Below, one piece after another: positions 10,454-21,806 of a stretch of 64,000 nt of DNA (its first letter is position 1; the number at the start of each line of letters is the position of its first letter). Source of the DNA: Sulfolobales archaeon HS-7 (GTDB lineage: Archaea > Thermoproteota > Thermoprotei_A > Sulfolobales > Sulfolobaceae); assembly GCA_019704295.1 (NCBI GenBank), contig AP024596.1, forward strand, positions 32,001-96,000, read 5' to 3'. A program made the position numbers and the translations under genes. Under the pieces are notes generated by a model. It saw only the letters and a list, made by a program, of their open reading frames with translations, did no database searches and was not told the DNA's origin.

Positions 10454-11160
10454 ACCTTGATCAACGCTTCTAAGACGACTTTAGCTCCCGCTATAGCCCT
10501 TTCCTCTAACTCCTCTCGCGCTATCCACTCTCCCCCTTTCACTAGGTTATCGCTTATTATTAGCACTCCAGCTGTCCTTACCTTTCTTAATTTCCCTAAC
10601 ATAAAGAGGGTAGCCAGTTCCATTTCCACTGCAACCACTCCTCTTTCAGCCCATCGTTTGGCGAAGCTTTCATCTTCGGCATAAAACGCATCGCTTGAGA
10701 AGACGTCTCCCTTTATTACCGGAATATTTGAGTTTTTGAATTGACCCATAATTTCGTAAGTAAGTTCGATATCTGGTGAAGTACTTAGTCCTATATCCTC
10801 TTTCAGATATTGGGAGAAGAGACCTCCAGAATTATGATAGGCTCCGGTGGCTATTACAAATTCGCCCACATTAACTTCAGGTACTAATGAGCCAGCAGTT
10901 CCGTATCTCACGAAATGGGAAATACCTAGAGACGATAACTCCTCAATGACTATGGCTATAGACGGTCCTCCAATGCCATGAGAAGCCATAGTAACTTTTT
11001 TTCCTTTATAGATACCCGTGTAAACGAGAAATCCTCTGTTCTCGTTAACTAATTTAGTCTCCTCTAAAAGGGAGGAGAGCAACCTAATTCGACCTGGATC
11101 TCCCGAAATTAGGGCCCTATCTGCTACTGCGCTTTTATCTGCTTTAATGTGGATAGGCAT
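10450..11160 (-). CDS. deoD: Purine nucleoside / methylthioadenosine phosphorylase (PNP_UDP family)
   Basis: GDPGR, HGIGGPS, SSDAFY and VEME motifs. Confidence 0.9.
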   Translation of the reverse strand: MPIHIKADKSAVADRALISGDPGRIRLLSSLLEETKLVNENRGFLVYTGIYKGKKVTMASHGIGGPSIAIVIEELSSLGISHFVRYGTAGSLVPEVNVGEFVIATGAYHNSGGLFSQYLKEDIGLSTSPDIELTYEIMGQFKNSNIPVIKGDVFSSDAFYAEDESFAKRWAERGVVAVEMELATLFMLGKLRKVRTAGVLIISDNLVKGGEWIAREELEERAIAGAKVVLEALIKV

Positions 11161-11212
11161 GGGGAGAAAATTGAATCAAAGCTTATAAGGTGTATTTTCC
11201 AAAGAGAAGTTT

Positions 11213-11668
11213 ATGCAGGAAGGGGAATTGGCTCCGGACTTCGAAGGAATAGCGTCTAATGGTGAGAAAATTAGGCTTTCTTCCTTCAAGGGGAAAAAGG
11301 TAATCTTATACTTTTATCCACGAGCTTTTACGCCAGGTTGTACACGTGAAACGGAAAGATTTGCTCAACTTTACGATGAGTTCGTTAAACGTAATGCGGT
11401 AATAATAGGAATAAGTGTCGATACAACCGAAAAGCAGAGGAAGTTTGCGGAAACTTATTGTCAAAACAAATTTCTCATGGTTTCGGATAAGGAAAAGACC
11501 ATCTCTAAGACATTTGGAGTACTTAATGAGAAGGGAACAAGTGCACAAAGAGTCACCTTTATCATCGACGAAAACGGAAAGGTAATGAAAGTCCTTAAGG
11601 ATCTAAAGAGTGCGGAACAGCACGCAGATAAAGCCTTAGAACTTCTTTCGGCAAATGTAACACAGTGA
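11213..11668 (+). CDS. bcp: Peroxiredoxin (Bcp/PrxQ)
   Basis: FYPRAFTPGCTRE and RVTFIID motifs. Confidence 0.93.
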   Translation: MQEGELAPDFEGIASNGEKIRLSSFKGKKVILYFYPRAFTPGCTRETERFAQLYDEFVKRNAVIIGISVDTTEKQRKFAETYCQNKFLMVSDKEKTISKTFGVLNEKGTSAQRVTFIIDENGKVMKVLKDLKSAEQHADKALELLSANVTQ

Positions 11669-11718
11669 AATAGCCTGTCCTAATGAATAGCACTTTCTGC
11701 TTTTTCACCTTGTTAAAG

Positions 11719-11854
11719 AACTCCCTGGAAGGTGAGGGACCCTCTCACCCAACATCAGGATTATGATCACTGCGTCTCACATAAACTGGCTAGAGGAGGA
11801 GAGGCAAACCGTGCGGTTCCACGCTTAACCCTCTCGTTAACGCTTACCTGTTGG
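11719..11854 (+). mobile_element. Orphan structured non-coding end resembling Sulfolobales IS110-family element ends
   Basis: CCCTGGAAGGTGAGGGAC...CTCACC hairpin and GGCAAACCGTGCGGTTCCAC; family similarity is recalled, and no transposase is adjacent. Confidence 0.55.
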
Positions 11855-11948
11855 TATATTATTTACAAGCTCATTTTTAAATAGAGCTATTTCAAAGGTT
11901 CCTCCCTTGATCCCCTCCACATGAAGATAGATGAAAAATGATAGCAGG

Positions 11949-13874
11949 CTAGTTTAGAGACAGATCCATACTTCTACTATGGATCTTATACTCTATCTTC
12001 TCGACGAATTTCTCGATTTCCGTCTTGATCAAATCTTTTTGTCCCCTAACTCTCACTGTTAATGTCCCCTCATTCATCTCCTTTTCCCCTACTACTATTA
12101 TATAGGGTATTCTCTTAAGTCTGGCATTTCTTATTCTGTACTCAAGCGTAGATTCGCTTCCATCAATTGTAACCCTTATGTTTCTTTCCCTCATTTTTCC
12201 TGCAATTGAATTCGCAAAGTCTTCATATTTTTTACTCACTGGAAGAATAACGACTTGAATTGGTGTTAACCATAGGGGTAGATTACCCGCAGTATGTTCC
12301 AGCACTATTCCCATGAATCTTCCTATTGATCCTAGTATAGCCCTGTGAATTATTATAGGAACATGCTCCCTATCATCCTTCCCCATATATTTCGCCCCGA
12401 GTAGTCCCGCTAGATTGAAGTCCAGTTGTACGGTGGAGACAGCGTAGGCATATTCCGGCTTTCCGGTAAAGTCTAGAACATATACATCTATTTTAGGTCC
12501 GTAAAATGCACCGTCTCCTTCCTTTACGGTGAAGTTAACTCCTATTTTCTCCAGCACGTTTCTTAAAGCGTTCTCCGCCTTATCCCACAGCTCATCTGAA
12601 CCTATCCTCTTTTCGGGCCTAGTCGCTAGGACGAAGATGGGCTTCATATCGAAAAGCCTAAAGGTCTCATTCATCATTTCGATGATTTCGGAAACGATGT
12701 CCTCAATCTGTTCCTCAGATACGAAGACATGTGCGTCATTCTGTTGTAAGACACGAGTTCTTAAAAGACCGTCTAATGTGCCCTCTAACTCATATCTGTG
12801 TACAATCCCGAATTCTGACAGCTTAAACGGTAGGTCTCTGTAGCTTCTCGTCTTCGCATTGAAGATCGCTATGTGGAATGGACAATTCATAGGCTTTAAC
12901 ACATACTTATCGTTTTCATCTGAGAATGGAACCACTTCGTACATATTCTCTCTGTATTTTTCCAAATGACCCGTCTTTTTCCATAATTCCGTTCTCCCTA
13001 TAAAGGGAGTCATGACCTCCATATAGCCGTGTTTTTTATCAAGCTCTCTAGCATATTGTAACAGTTCGTTATAAACTACGAAGCCGTCAGGTAAAATAAA
13101 CGGCGAACCTGGAGATATTTCAGTGAACATGAAAAGTTCAAGCTCCTTACCTATAACCTTATGATCCCTTCTTTTCCTCTCTTCAAGAATCTGAAGGTAT
13201 TCCTTTAGCAGACTTTCCTTTGGGAATGATATCCCGTATATTCTGGTAAGCGTCTCTCTCTTGCTGTCCCCTCTCCAGTAAGAACCAGACAATTTCAGTA
13301 ATTTTACCGCCTTTATGTATCCAGACGATGGAATATGCGGACCTCGACAAAGATCCACATAAGGACCATCTCTATAAGCCGATAGCGCCTCATTACTTTC
13401 CTCTATTATTTCTAATTTGAACTTGTTATCCTTAAACATCTCCCTGGCTTGTTCCTTGGTTAGTTCAATTCTCTCAAACTTAACGTCGTCCTTGACTAAC
13501 TTCTTAACTTCTTCCTCTAGTTTTGGTAGGTCGGAATCCCCTATTTTAAGGTTGTAGAAATCATAATAGAATCCCTCGTCTATTGGCGGACCTATGGTGG
13601 GGAGCGCATCAGGGTAGAGTTTCTTTACGGCTGCGGCCAACAGATGGGATGTCGAATGCCAGAAAACCTCCTTTCCTTCCTTGTCGTCAAAGGTTAAAAA
13701 CTCTATGACGTCTCCTTCTTTTGCTATATCTCCAACTGCTCTTGAAAGATCGTAAAGCTTCCCATTAATTTTGGCAATTAACACATCACGCTTCCTAGAT
13801 TTCTTACTGAGTTGATATAACGTGGAATTTGGTTCCACGTCTACCTCAATCCCATCGATAATTACTCTCATCAA
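11949..13874 (-). CDS. thrS: Threonyl-tRNA synthetase, full-length bacterial-type architecture (TGS + editing + catalytic + anticodon domains)
   Basis: WHSTSHLL, GFYYDF, DLCRGPH, KPMNCP, GAFYGPKID and HRAILGS motifs. Confidence 0.96.
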   Translation of the reverse strand: MMRVIIDGIEVDVEPNSTLYQLSKKSRKRDVLIAKINGKLYDLSRAVGDIAKEGDVIEFLTFDDKEGKEVFWHSTSHLLAAAVKKLYPDALPTIGPPIDEGFYYDFYNLKIGDSDLPKLEEEVKKLVKDDVKFERIELTKEQAREMFKDNKFKLEIIEESNEALSAYRDGPYVDLCRGPHIPSSGYIKAVKLLKLSGSYWRGDSKRETLTRIYGISFPKESLLKEYLQILEERKRRDHKVIGKELELFMFTEISPGSPFILPDGFVVYNELLQYARELDKKHGYMEVMTPFIGRTELWKKTGHLEKYRENMYEVVPFSDENDKYVLKPMNCPFHIAIFNAKTRSYRDLPFKLSEFGIVHRYELEGTLDGLLRTRVLQQNDAHVFVSEEQIEDIVSEIIEMMNETFRLFDMKPIFVLATRPEKRIGSDELWDKAENALRNVLEKIGVNFTVKEGDGAFYGPKIDVYVLDFTGKPEYAYAVSTVQLDFNLAGLLGAKYMGKDDREHVPIIIHRAILGSIGRFMGIVLEHTAGNLPLWLTPIQVVILPVSKKYEDFANSIAGKMRERNIRVTIDGSESTLEYRIRNARLKRIPYIIVVGEKEMNEGTLTVRVRGQKDLIKTEIEKFVEKIEYKIHSRSMDLSLN

Positions 13875-13964
13875 AATCCTTACACTTATTGCTTTTTAAA
13901 AGCTTAATAGCGTTAAACGTTTTAGTCTATTAGAGACTGATGACAAGAAGCGGTGAATCCAGCT

Positions 13965-14329
13965 ATGTGTACAAGAAGGGAGGAAATAGAGGAGGAGATT
14001 CGCCTAAAAAGAGAGAGGATTCGGAAGATGAAGGAGAAAATTGGGGAAGTGGAGATAGATTTAGCAAAGATCTATCATTTGCAGGAGAAAGTCGAGGAGA
14101 GATTGAATACGAAGAGGAATGTTTAGATCTCCTTAGGGAATTGATGTTAGCGGCTAGCGAGGAAGCTAGCCTTCATCTTAGATTGGTAAACCTTCTCAAC
14201 GAGGCCAGAAACGAGACAATAAGACTTTCAGGTATGATAGCTATGCTTGCGTTTTTTGAAGATAAGAGGGAAATAGCTAAACTTAGGCGGGAAATTGAAC
14301 CTTTCTTCCAGAAATACGTTGATGCATAG
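13965..14329 (+). pseudogene. Coiled-coil protein gene split by a frameshift near 14095-14102
   Basis: Frame from ATG 13965 reads MCTRREEIEEEIRLKRERIRKMKEKIGEVEIDLAKIYHLQEKVEE and continues as IEYEEECLDLLREL... in another frame. Confidence 0.55.
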
Positions 14330-14494
14330 AGCGTCAGCACTTATTGTAGAGTTTCAGTTAGAACTTTAGGTTTACCCCTATACAGATAACACCTTGTAGA
14401 AGTTCGTTTTTAAAAAATTTTAAGAAAAGTTAACTAAAAGCAATCATTCAATTATGAAAACTCTTAAATTAACCTAATTTGTAGTATTTAAGCG

Positions 14495-15313
14495 ATGGCA
14501 AGGTCGAAGAAAGCAAAGAAAACAAAGGAAAGCAAGCTGCTCTATGTACCCTTTATAGTTCTAGGAGTTATACTTGTTCTTTTAATCGGAGGACCGTACA
14601 TCTTTCCCCACAACGCGGCTGCGAGTTCCATTGAATTCGGAACGTTCTATAAAGTGAGTAATCAGGACTATGCTCCCCCAGGTAAGGTTTACGTATACTT
14701 TGTAAGTTGGCAAGGGTGCCCAATCGGAGCTTCTTATTCGTGGCCATTGTATATTGCACTTTCTCATTTCGGTAAACTTAACGTTACCCTAAACTATTCA
14801 GATCCCCAAGAGGCGGAAGCTCCAAATCTGCCCATGTTGCTCTTTACGGGTTTCACTAGCAACTCCTCCGTAAATTTTGTGCCAATATACCTCTATAACA
14901 GGTATATGAACGCTACTCCTAACGGAACACCTATAACTGGAAATTTGGTAACTTATGGATTAGAGGAACTTAAAGGGGAAGTTCCCCTTCCTATATATAA
15001 CATTGTTAAAAACTACACAACGGAATTGGATATAAATGATAACGGTCAAATCCTACAACCTAGTGCATATGATGGAAGTCCCCCTCATATAAATACCGTT
15101 TTAGTAATTACAGGGCCAGGTGGCACCTATATAATAAATGGGCCAGCAACTTATGATAACCAACCTGCACCTTTCCTTTTCAAGGGATTGTCGGATCAGC
15201 CGCTTTGGCAATACATCACTACTGGTAAAACTAATAACGTGCCAGGAATAACCCTAAGCTATATAAATTACGCCGCTTCCCAAATTTTAGGAGAAATTCA
15301 AGACGCAATGTGA
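14495..15313 (+). CDS. DUF929-like membrane-anchored extracellular protein
   Basis: Basic N-terminus plus TM helix; VSWQGCPIGASYSWPLYIALSHFG. Confidence 0.8.
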   Translation: MARSKKAKKTKESKLLYVPFIVLGVILVLLIGGPYIFPHNAAASSIEFGTFYKVSNQDYAPPGKVYVYFVSWQGCPIGASYSWPLYIALSHFGKLNVTLNYSDPQEAEAPNLPMLLFTGFTSNSSVNFVPIYLYNRYMNATPNGTPITGNLVTYGLEELKGEVPLPIYNIVKNYTTELDINDNGQILQPSAYDGSPPHINTVLVITGPGGTYIINGPATYDNQPAPFLFKGLSDQPLWQYITTGKTNNVPGITLSYINYAASQILGEIQDAM

Positions 15314-15317
15314 TAAT

Positions 15318-16268
15318 ATGAAGTTAATATTCCTCTTTTTTATTTTTTTATTAACTTTATCCTTTAGTATGATACAAAGGGAACAAAGTAATCTGGCTTC
15401 ATACCGTATTACTCTTAACGAGATTGCTCCCAACCACTATGATCTAAATGCTACATTAATTTCTTATGAAGTAAATGGTCAACCACATAACGTAACATCA
15501 CCTCCAATCCTCGCTAAAGAAAGTTTCCCATTGGAGTATTTTATTGGTCAAGATTACTATGCACAATTTCTTGGTACTACTATTGTGAATTATGAAGGAG
15601 AGCAAATTCCTGCTTACATCTTAAACATTTCTACACCAGAGGGTGGTTACGGTAGAGTCACTATGTCACTACAATATGGAGAGGTTCCAGTGATGGGTAA
15701 CTACACGATAAGGGGAAACTTGATCAATTTCTCCCTTCAACATTTTGATTTTACTCCCTCATTGAAAATATTTTCATACAAGCTTACGCTTAATTACCCT
15801 CCTTATACGAAATCTCCTCCGGTGATTGAGATTTACTCCAACCAATCCATCTCCTATAACTTAATTCCTGTGGGGACTCAGAATATTTCGAATCTAACTT
15901 ACTATTTAACCGAGTTGAGGATATCGTCAAATGGAATGGCAGGTGTATTCATAAACGGACAGGACGTAGCTGAAGGAATATATCCGATTTTAGTGAATTT
16001 TGACGGTTTAAATTATACGTTTATTCCGAAAGGGGGATATGTAGAGTACATAAATACTTCTGTTCCCTTTATGATCCAACCGATTACTGCAGGATACTAC
16101 TTTTCTTTTCCCGTTGGCGGAAATATCACTATACTTCTCTACTCCAGCCACCAAGTAATTAGTTTATTACAAAAACAAACAAGCAATTTGACTTACGTGT
16201 ATATAACCACAGTCATGGCTGTAGTCTTAGTTGTTTTCGTTATATCTTGGAGACTACTCAGAAAATAG
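15318..16268 (+). CDS. Hypothetical surface protein (signal peptide and C-terminal TM anchor)
   Basis: Hydrophobic N- and C-termini; many N-x-S/T sequons. Confidence 0.75.
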   Translation: MKLIFLFFIFLLTLSFSMIQREQSNLASYRITLNEIAPNHYDLNATLISYEVNGQPHNVTSPPILAKESFPLEYFIGQDYYAQFLGTTIVNYEGEQIPAYILNISTPEGGYGRVTMSLQYGEVPVMGNYTIRGNLINFSLQHFDFTPSLKIFSYKLTLNYPPYTKSPPVIEIYSNQSISYNLIPVGTQNISNLTYYLTELRISSNGMAGVFINGQDVAEGIYPILVNFDGLNYTFIPKGGYVEYINTSVPFMIQPITAGYYFSFPVGGNITILLYSSHQVISLLQKQTSNLTYVYITTVMAVVLVVFVISWRLLRK

Positions 16269-16335
16269 AAAAAGGTGCTAATACCTTTTGTTTTAAGAGG
16301 AAGGCTTTTGGCTTTAACCATTAATCTACTCTTCT

Positions 16336-16512
16336 ATGAGTAAGGAACTTAATATGGTTATGGAAAAAATGAATACGATCAGGAACGAGATAGAGAAAAT
16401 AGGGGATGAGGAGGATCCACAAAAAATTAAGGAGATTATCAATTTAAATATGGAAATTGGTGCAATTCTCTACGCTAAATATATAAGCATCAAGTATAAG
16501 AATGAAAGATAA
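16336..16512 (+). CDS. Small hypothetical helical protein (58 aa, below the ORF-track cutoff)
   Basis: MSKELNMVMEKMNTIRNEIEKIGDEEDPQKIKEIINLNMEIGAILYAKYISIKYKNER. Confidence 0.5.
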   Translation: MSKELNMVMEKMNTIRNEIEKIGDEEDPQKIKEIINLNMEIGAILYAKYISIKYKNER

Positions 16513-16614
16513 CATGATAAAGAGAAAATAAAGACTTATACTTTATATCTAACATAAATAGATCAATGTCTTTTTATAGCATAAGTTTAAAAACACTATT
16601 ACATCAATAAAATC

Positions 16615-16977
16615 ATGGTGGATAATATGTCAATGGCTTTAGAAAATCAGGAGAGGATGAACTTGTTCAAAAGGTTTCTGATGGTTGCGTACGGACTTTC
16701 AGAGGGGGACGTGGACATTCTGCTCAAGGTAATAAGTAAGGGGGAGGTTGACGTCGAGACGTTATCGGAGGAAATAAAAATAAGTAAAAGCAGGGTAAGC
16801 CTCATTTTAAAGAAGCTAAGTGATATTGGACTTGCGGAGAGAAAAAAGCAGTTAGGAGGCGGCGGAGGAAGACCTAAGTTAATCTACAGTGTGGATAAAA
16901 GGGAGATAAAGCAGAAACTTGAAAACAAGTCAAGGGAATTATGCGGTCAGATATCTGAAGCTGTAAAGTCATTATAG
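16615..16977 (+). CDS. Lrs14/TrmB-like winged-helix regulator
   Basis: YGLSEGD, SKSRVSLILKKL and GGRPKLIY motifs. Confidence 0.85.
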   Translation: MVDNMSMALENQERMNLFKRFLMVAYGLSEGDVDILLKVISKGEVDVETLSEEIKISKSRVSLILKKLSDIGLAERKKQLGGGGGRPKLIYSVDKREIKQKLENKSRELCGQISEAVKSL

Positions 16978-17299
16978 TATGAGTCTAATGACGAAGTTCA
17001 CTATTTAATTAAATTACCTGGAATCTAATCACATGATCATTTTCATCTTAACAGTGGCTTCAAAGAGGGTAGAAGATTCGCCAGCCGTGGGCAGCTCCCT
17101 ATGCGGTTAATATTCAATGGGGAAAAGAGTAACAAGGATAACACTTACTAACGGAGTACGCGTTACCCTGACGTCGTTGTCAACAGTTTCAGATAAAGCA
17201 AGAAGTTTATACATTTTATTTATAAAATATTTTTATGTATCTTGTTACTAGATGTGAGTGACCTTTCCATAAAGGTGACACGGCATAAGATGTGCGATT

Positions 17300-17460
17300 T
17301 CCCCACATGATCCAGCCAATAGTGCTTATAATACTGTCATGCGAACTTCGAAGTGCGACCCTCAGGGCCTGTAGAACCCTCTGGACAAGTCGGAGCTTAG
17401 AAGCAAGAAATCCCTGGCGTGGGGTGAAAACCACCGTTATGACGGGGTAAGTTAAGGTGG
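17300..17460 (+). mobile_element. Decayed tnpB 3' end / omega-RNA-like remnant
   Basis: AATAGTGCTTATAAT (N-S-A-x-N-like) followed by GGGCCTGTAGAACCCTCT...GAAGCAAGAAATCCC...GACGGGGTAAGTT. Confidence 0.45.
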
Positions 17461-17505
17461 GGGGGATAAGATTTATTACAACGTAAGTGCAACTCATTCT
17501 ATAGC

Positions 17506-18429
17506 ATGCCATCATTAATAAAGATAGCTTTTACAACGGACTTACATGGTTCCACGGTCGCTTTTAACAAAGTTGTTAATCAGTTTAAGAGGCTAAAGTG
17601 TGACTATTTAATAATAGGAGGAAACTTAGTGTCAAATGAAACGTTAATAGTAAGGAAATCACAGGGAAAGATGATAGTAGACGGAAAGGAAGTAAGTAAA
17701 GCTGTAATCGATAATTTAGCTGAAAAAACTGGGGTTAATGTAATTATCGAAGAAGGAAAGGAGTTGGAACCTAATGAGATTAACGCCTATAAACTTGAAG
17801 CTCAGCTCAATAGGGCAAGTTCTTGGTTGGAAAAGATAAAAGACATTAAAGAGAAAGTAATATGGAATTTAGCTGATAGAGATCCCTCCGAACTCGAACA
17901 AGTTTTCAGGAAGTATGAGATAGAACTGGCTGATGATAAAGTTATAGAATTAGATAATCTTTATTTAGTTAGTGAGGGCTTTGGAACTAATATTGAGGGT
18001 GGGACAAAGGCTATTACGGATTCGGAACTTTTCATAAGAGGCGAAAAGTTACTTAAGAAAGTGGACGAACCTAACAAAGTTATACTGAATTTTCACATGC
18101 CACCATTTCAAAGTAGAATAGATGAAACTAGTATTAATGGGAAAAAAGTTAACATGGGGTCCAAAGCTGTATTAGACCTTATTAAAGAGTTCAATCCACT
18201 TTTGGGCCTACATGGACATGTACATCATCCAGAAGCCGTGATAAGTCAGGTTGGAAAGACAAAGGTTTCAAATCCTGGGAGCTATTACGAAAAGGGGTTC
18301 TATACTATGACATATGCCGAAATAGAGAGAAAAGCAGTATCGTTAGGAACGTTGGCAACTGCCGAGTTTAAGATTAAAACGCTTAGTCATTATACCGACT
18401 TCGTATGGGATCCAGTATTTGGGAGTTAA
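17506..18429 (+). CDS. Calcineurin-like metallophosphoesterase (Icc-like) with degenerate motifs II and III
   Basis: TDLHG, FHMPP, HGHVH and NPGS present; GGNL replaces GD. Confidence 0.8.
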   Translation: MPSLIKIAFTTDLHGSTVAFNKVVNQFKRLKCDYLIIGGNLVSNETLIVRKSQGKMIVDGKEVSKAVIDNLAEKTGVNVIIEEGKELEPNEINAYKLEAQLNRASSWLEKIKDIKEKVIWNLADRDPSELEQVFRKYEIELADDKVIELDNLYLVSEGFGTNIEGGTKAITDSELFIRGEKLLKKVDEPNKVILNFHMPPFQSRIDETSINGKKVNMGSKAVLDLIKEFNPLLGLHGHVHHPEAVISQVGKTKVSNPGSYYEKGFYTMTYAEIERKAVSLGTLATAEFKIKTLSHYTDFVWDPVFGS

Positions 18430-18689
18430 CGTTGTATACATTAAAATAAACTTTTTAACAAAACATATATCTTAAATCACTAAAGGTATTGAAAATCGCA
18501 GTTTGGACGGTTTGGCGTTCACGCGTTAATTACTAATTCACTTTATTTTATTAGTTTAAAATTAACCAATTCATTGCTGACTTATATTACTAAATAATGG
18601 GTGAGTAGGGGGTAATACCATGGAATAACTTCCACGGGGAAAACGCGCACCACTAGTAATGGATATAACAGGTATTGCGTGAGTTAAGC

Positions 18690-18840
18690 GTATAAGGCGG
18701 GGGAAAACAAGGTAGGCCGGAGAGCAGGAGGGGAAAACCTCGTCTTCAAGGCTGACTGTGACGCCCTTAGAACGGTCTAGCAAGAGGGGATAGAACCCCT
18801 GAGGCTGTAGCAAGTTTCTCTAGGGGTTGACGGTAGTTAA
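18690..18840 (+). mobile_element. Highly decayed IS/omega-RNA-like remnant
   Basis: CAAGGTAGGCCGGAGAGCAGGAG resembles the CAAGGT...GAAGCAGGAAG core at 2170-2250. Confidence 0.3.
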
Positions 18841-19443
18841 CGTCATAAAACGAGAGGAATGTTATTACGGTAGTTAAGATAGTACATCATTAGTTAGTAA
18901 GGTACCTCATGGAAGTTGCTACAAAGACCTTCGCGATAGACCCCTCCGAGAGCTAACTGCAGCCAAGGGAGAGCTTTTAGTGGAACGAGAGAAATCCATA
19001 TTCAATCAAAGAGGGAATTCAAGTACTACAAGGGCGTTTCTCTCTGTTTCACTCCCTTTGAAGGATTTTGTAGATTGTATAAGCCATTGCTATCGCCTAT
19101 AACCTCCCAACCTGTTTTCTTATATTTGTAACGATATTATTAGCTACCCTTATTTCTCTCACTACTTGGTATATATCTAGATTATTATAAGCTAAATTAT
19201 ACCAATTCAACGAAGAATATTACAATCGATAATGAGCACGTGAATAGCCCTATACCCAGATATATAGCTCATTATATCAGATATTATACCTTACATATAT
19301 TCATTATATTCTTGTATCTTATAATAAGATATAACTAGCTAAGTCGAAAATTTTTAATATAGTTTTAAATCCTAGTTGTATTTTTCAATAACATTATTAC
19401 GAGTATTTATTAATGGCTATAATATAAAAAGTCATGATAGAAT

Positions 19444-20904
<1,461 letters not shown>

Positions 20905-21356
20905 GAATTTAAATATTTTTTATATAACTATTTTATATTTGTCTAAAGTAGGCCGTCTACGCGTTCATTGCGGATTGTAATATTCTTCGTTAAATTAGTA
21001 TAGTTCATATTGTAATAATCCAGATATCTATCAAGTTGTGAGAGGAATAGGGATAGCCATAATATTAGGGTCATTTCCTAATCCTTTACGAATTCGGTTT
21101 ATTTAGAAAATGGTAAATTTAATTGTATATTATCGCATCTACAAGGTAGGGATTTACGCTTAATAGTTTACATTATCATACTATCTTATTCACAAATTAC
21201 GTTTTGTAAAAGAACCTCTGAATCATCCATTACAGAGCTCGCAGTGAATTGGTTAATTTCAAATCAGTAAAATAAAGTGAATTCGCAACGAACGTGTGAA
21301 TAGCCCTACCCTGTACTTAGCAAAGAGTTTATTATAGGCTATGAGAAAAATCCTGC

Positions 21357-21746
21357 ATGCAGTTAACTTCTAAGGAAAAAATAATAAATTCAAATAAAGA
21401 TCTAAATACAATAGTGGTACAATTCTCCCAATATTTACAACAAAGTGGATGGAAAGTTCAAAATAGAGTAGAGGGTAACGTAGCAATTATTCAAGCTCAA
21501 GAGGGTGGAATTTTGAGAGATATTATTGCTGCCGATAGAGCGCTCACTTTTAGACTTGAGAAAGTTCCCGAAGGTATTAAGGTTCATGTTGGTATCGGCA
21601 AGTGGATCCAGAATCTAGCTGTTACCGCTATTGAAGCTATCGTGCTTTCCTGGCTTTTCTTGGCGGTTGATGTACCCGAAATGGTGTGGACAGAGCACGT
21701 TGAGTCAAAGCTGGTAAAGAAATTAGAGGAAATAGCAAACACTTAA
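21357..21746 (+). CDS. Hypothetical protein
   Basis: 129-aa ORF with upstream TTTATTA box. Confidence 0.75.
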   Translation: MQLTSKEKIINSNKDLNTIVVQFSQYLQQSGWKVQNRVEGNVAIIQAQEGGILRDIIAADRALTFRLEKVPEGIKVHVGIGKWIQNLAVTAIEAIVLSWLFLAVDVPEMVWTEHVESKLVKKLEEIANT

Positions 21747-21806
21747 TGCGGCATGAGTTAAAAAACGTAATTAAACATTTTTTACTTCCACGAGAATTTA
21801 GAGAAA

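Noticed and set aside
17216-18813. Minus-strand ORFs 17216-17515 and 18571-18813
   Set aside because: They overlap decayed IS-end sequence and show no protein features
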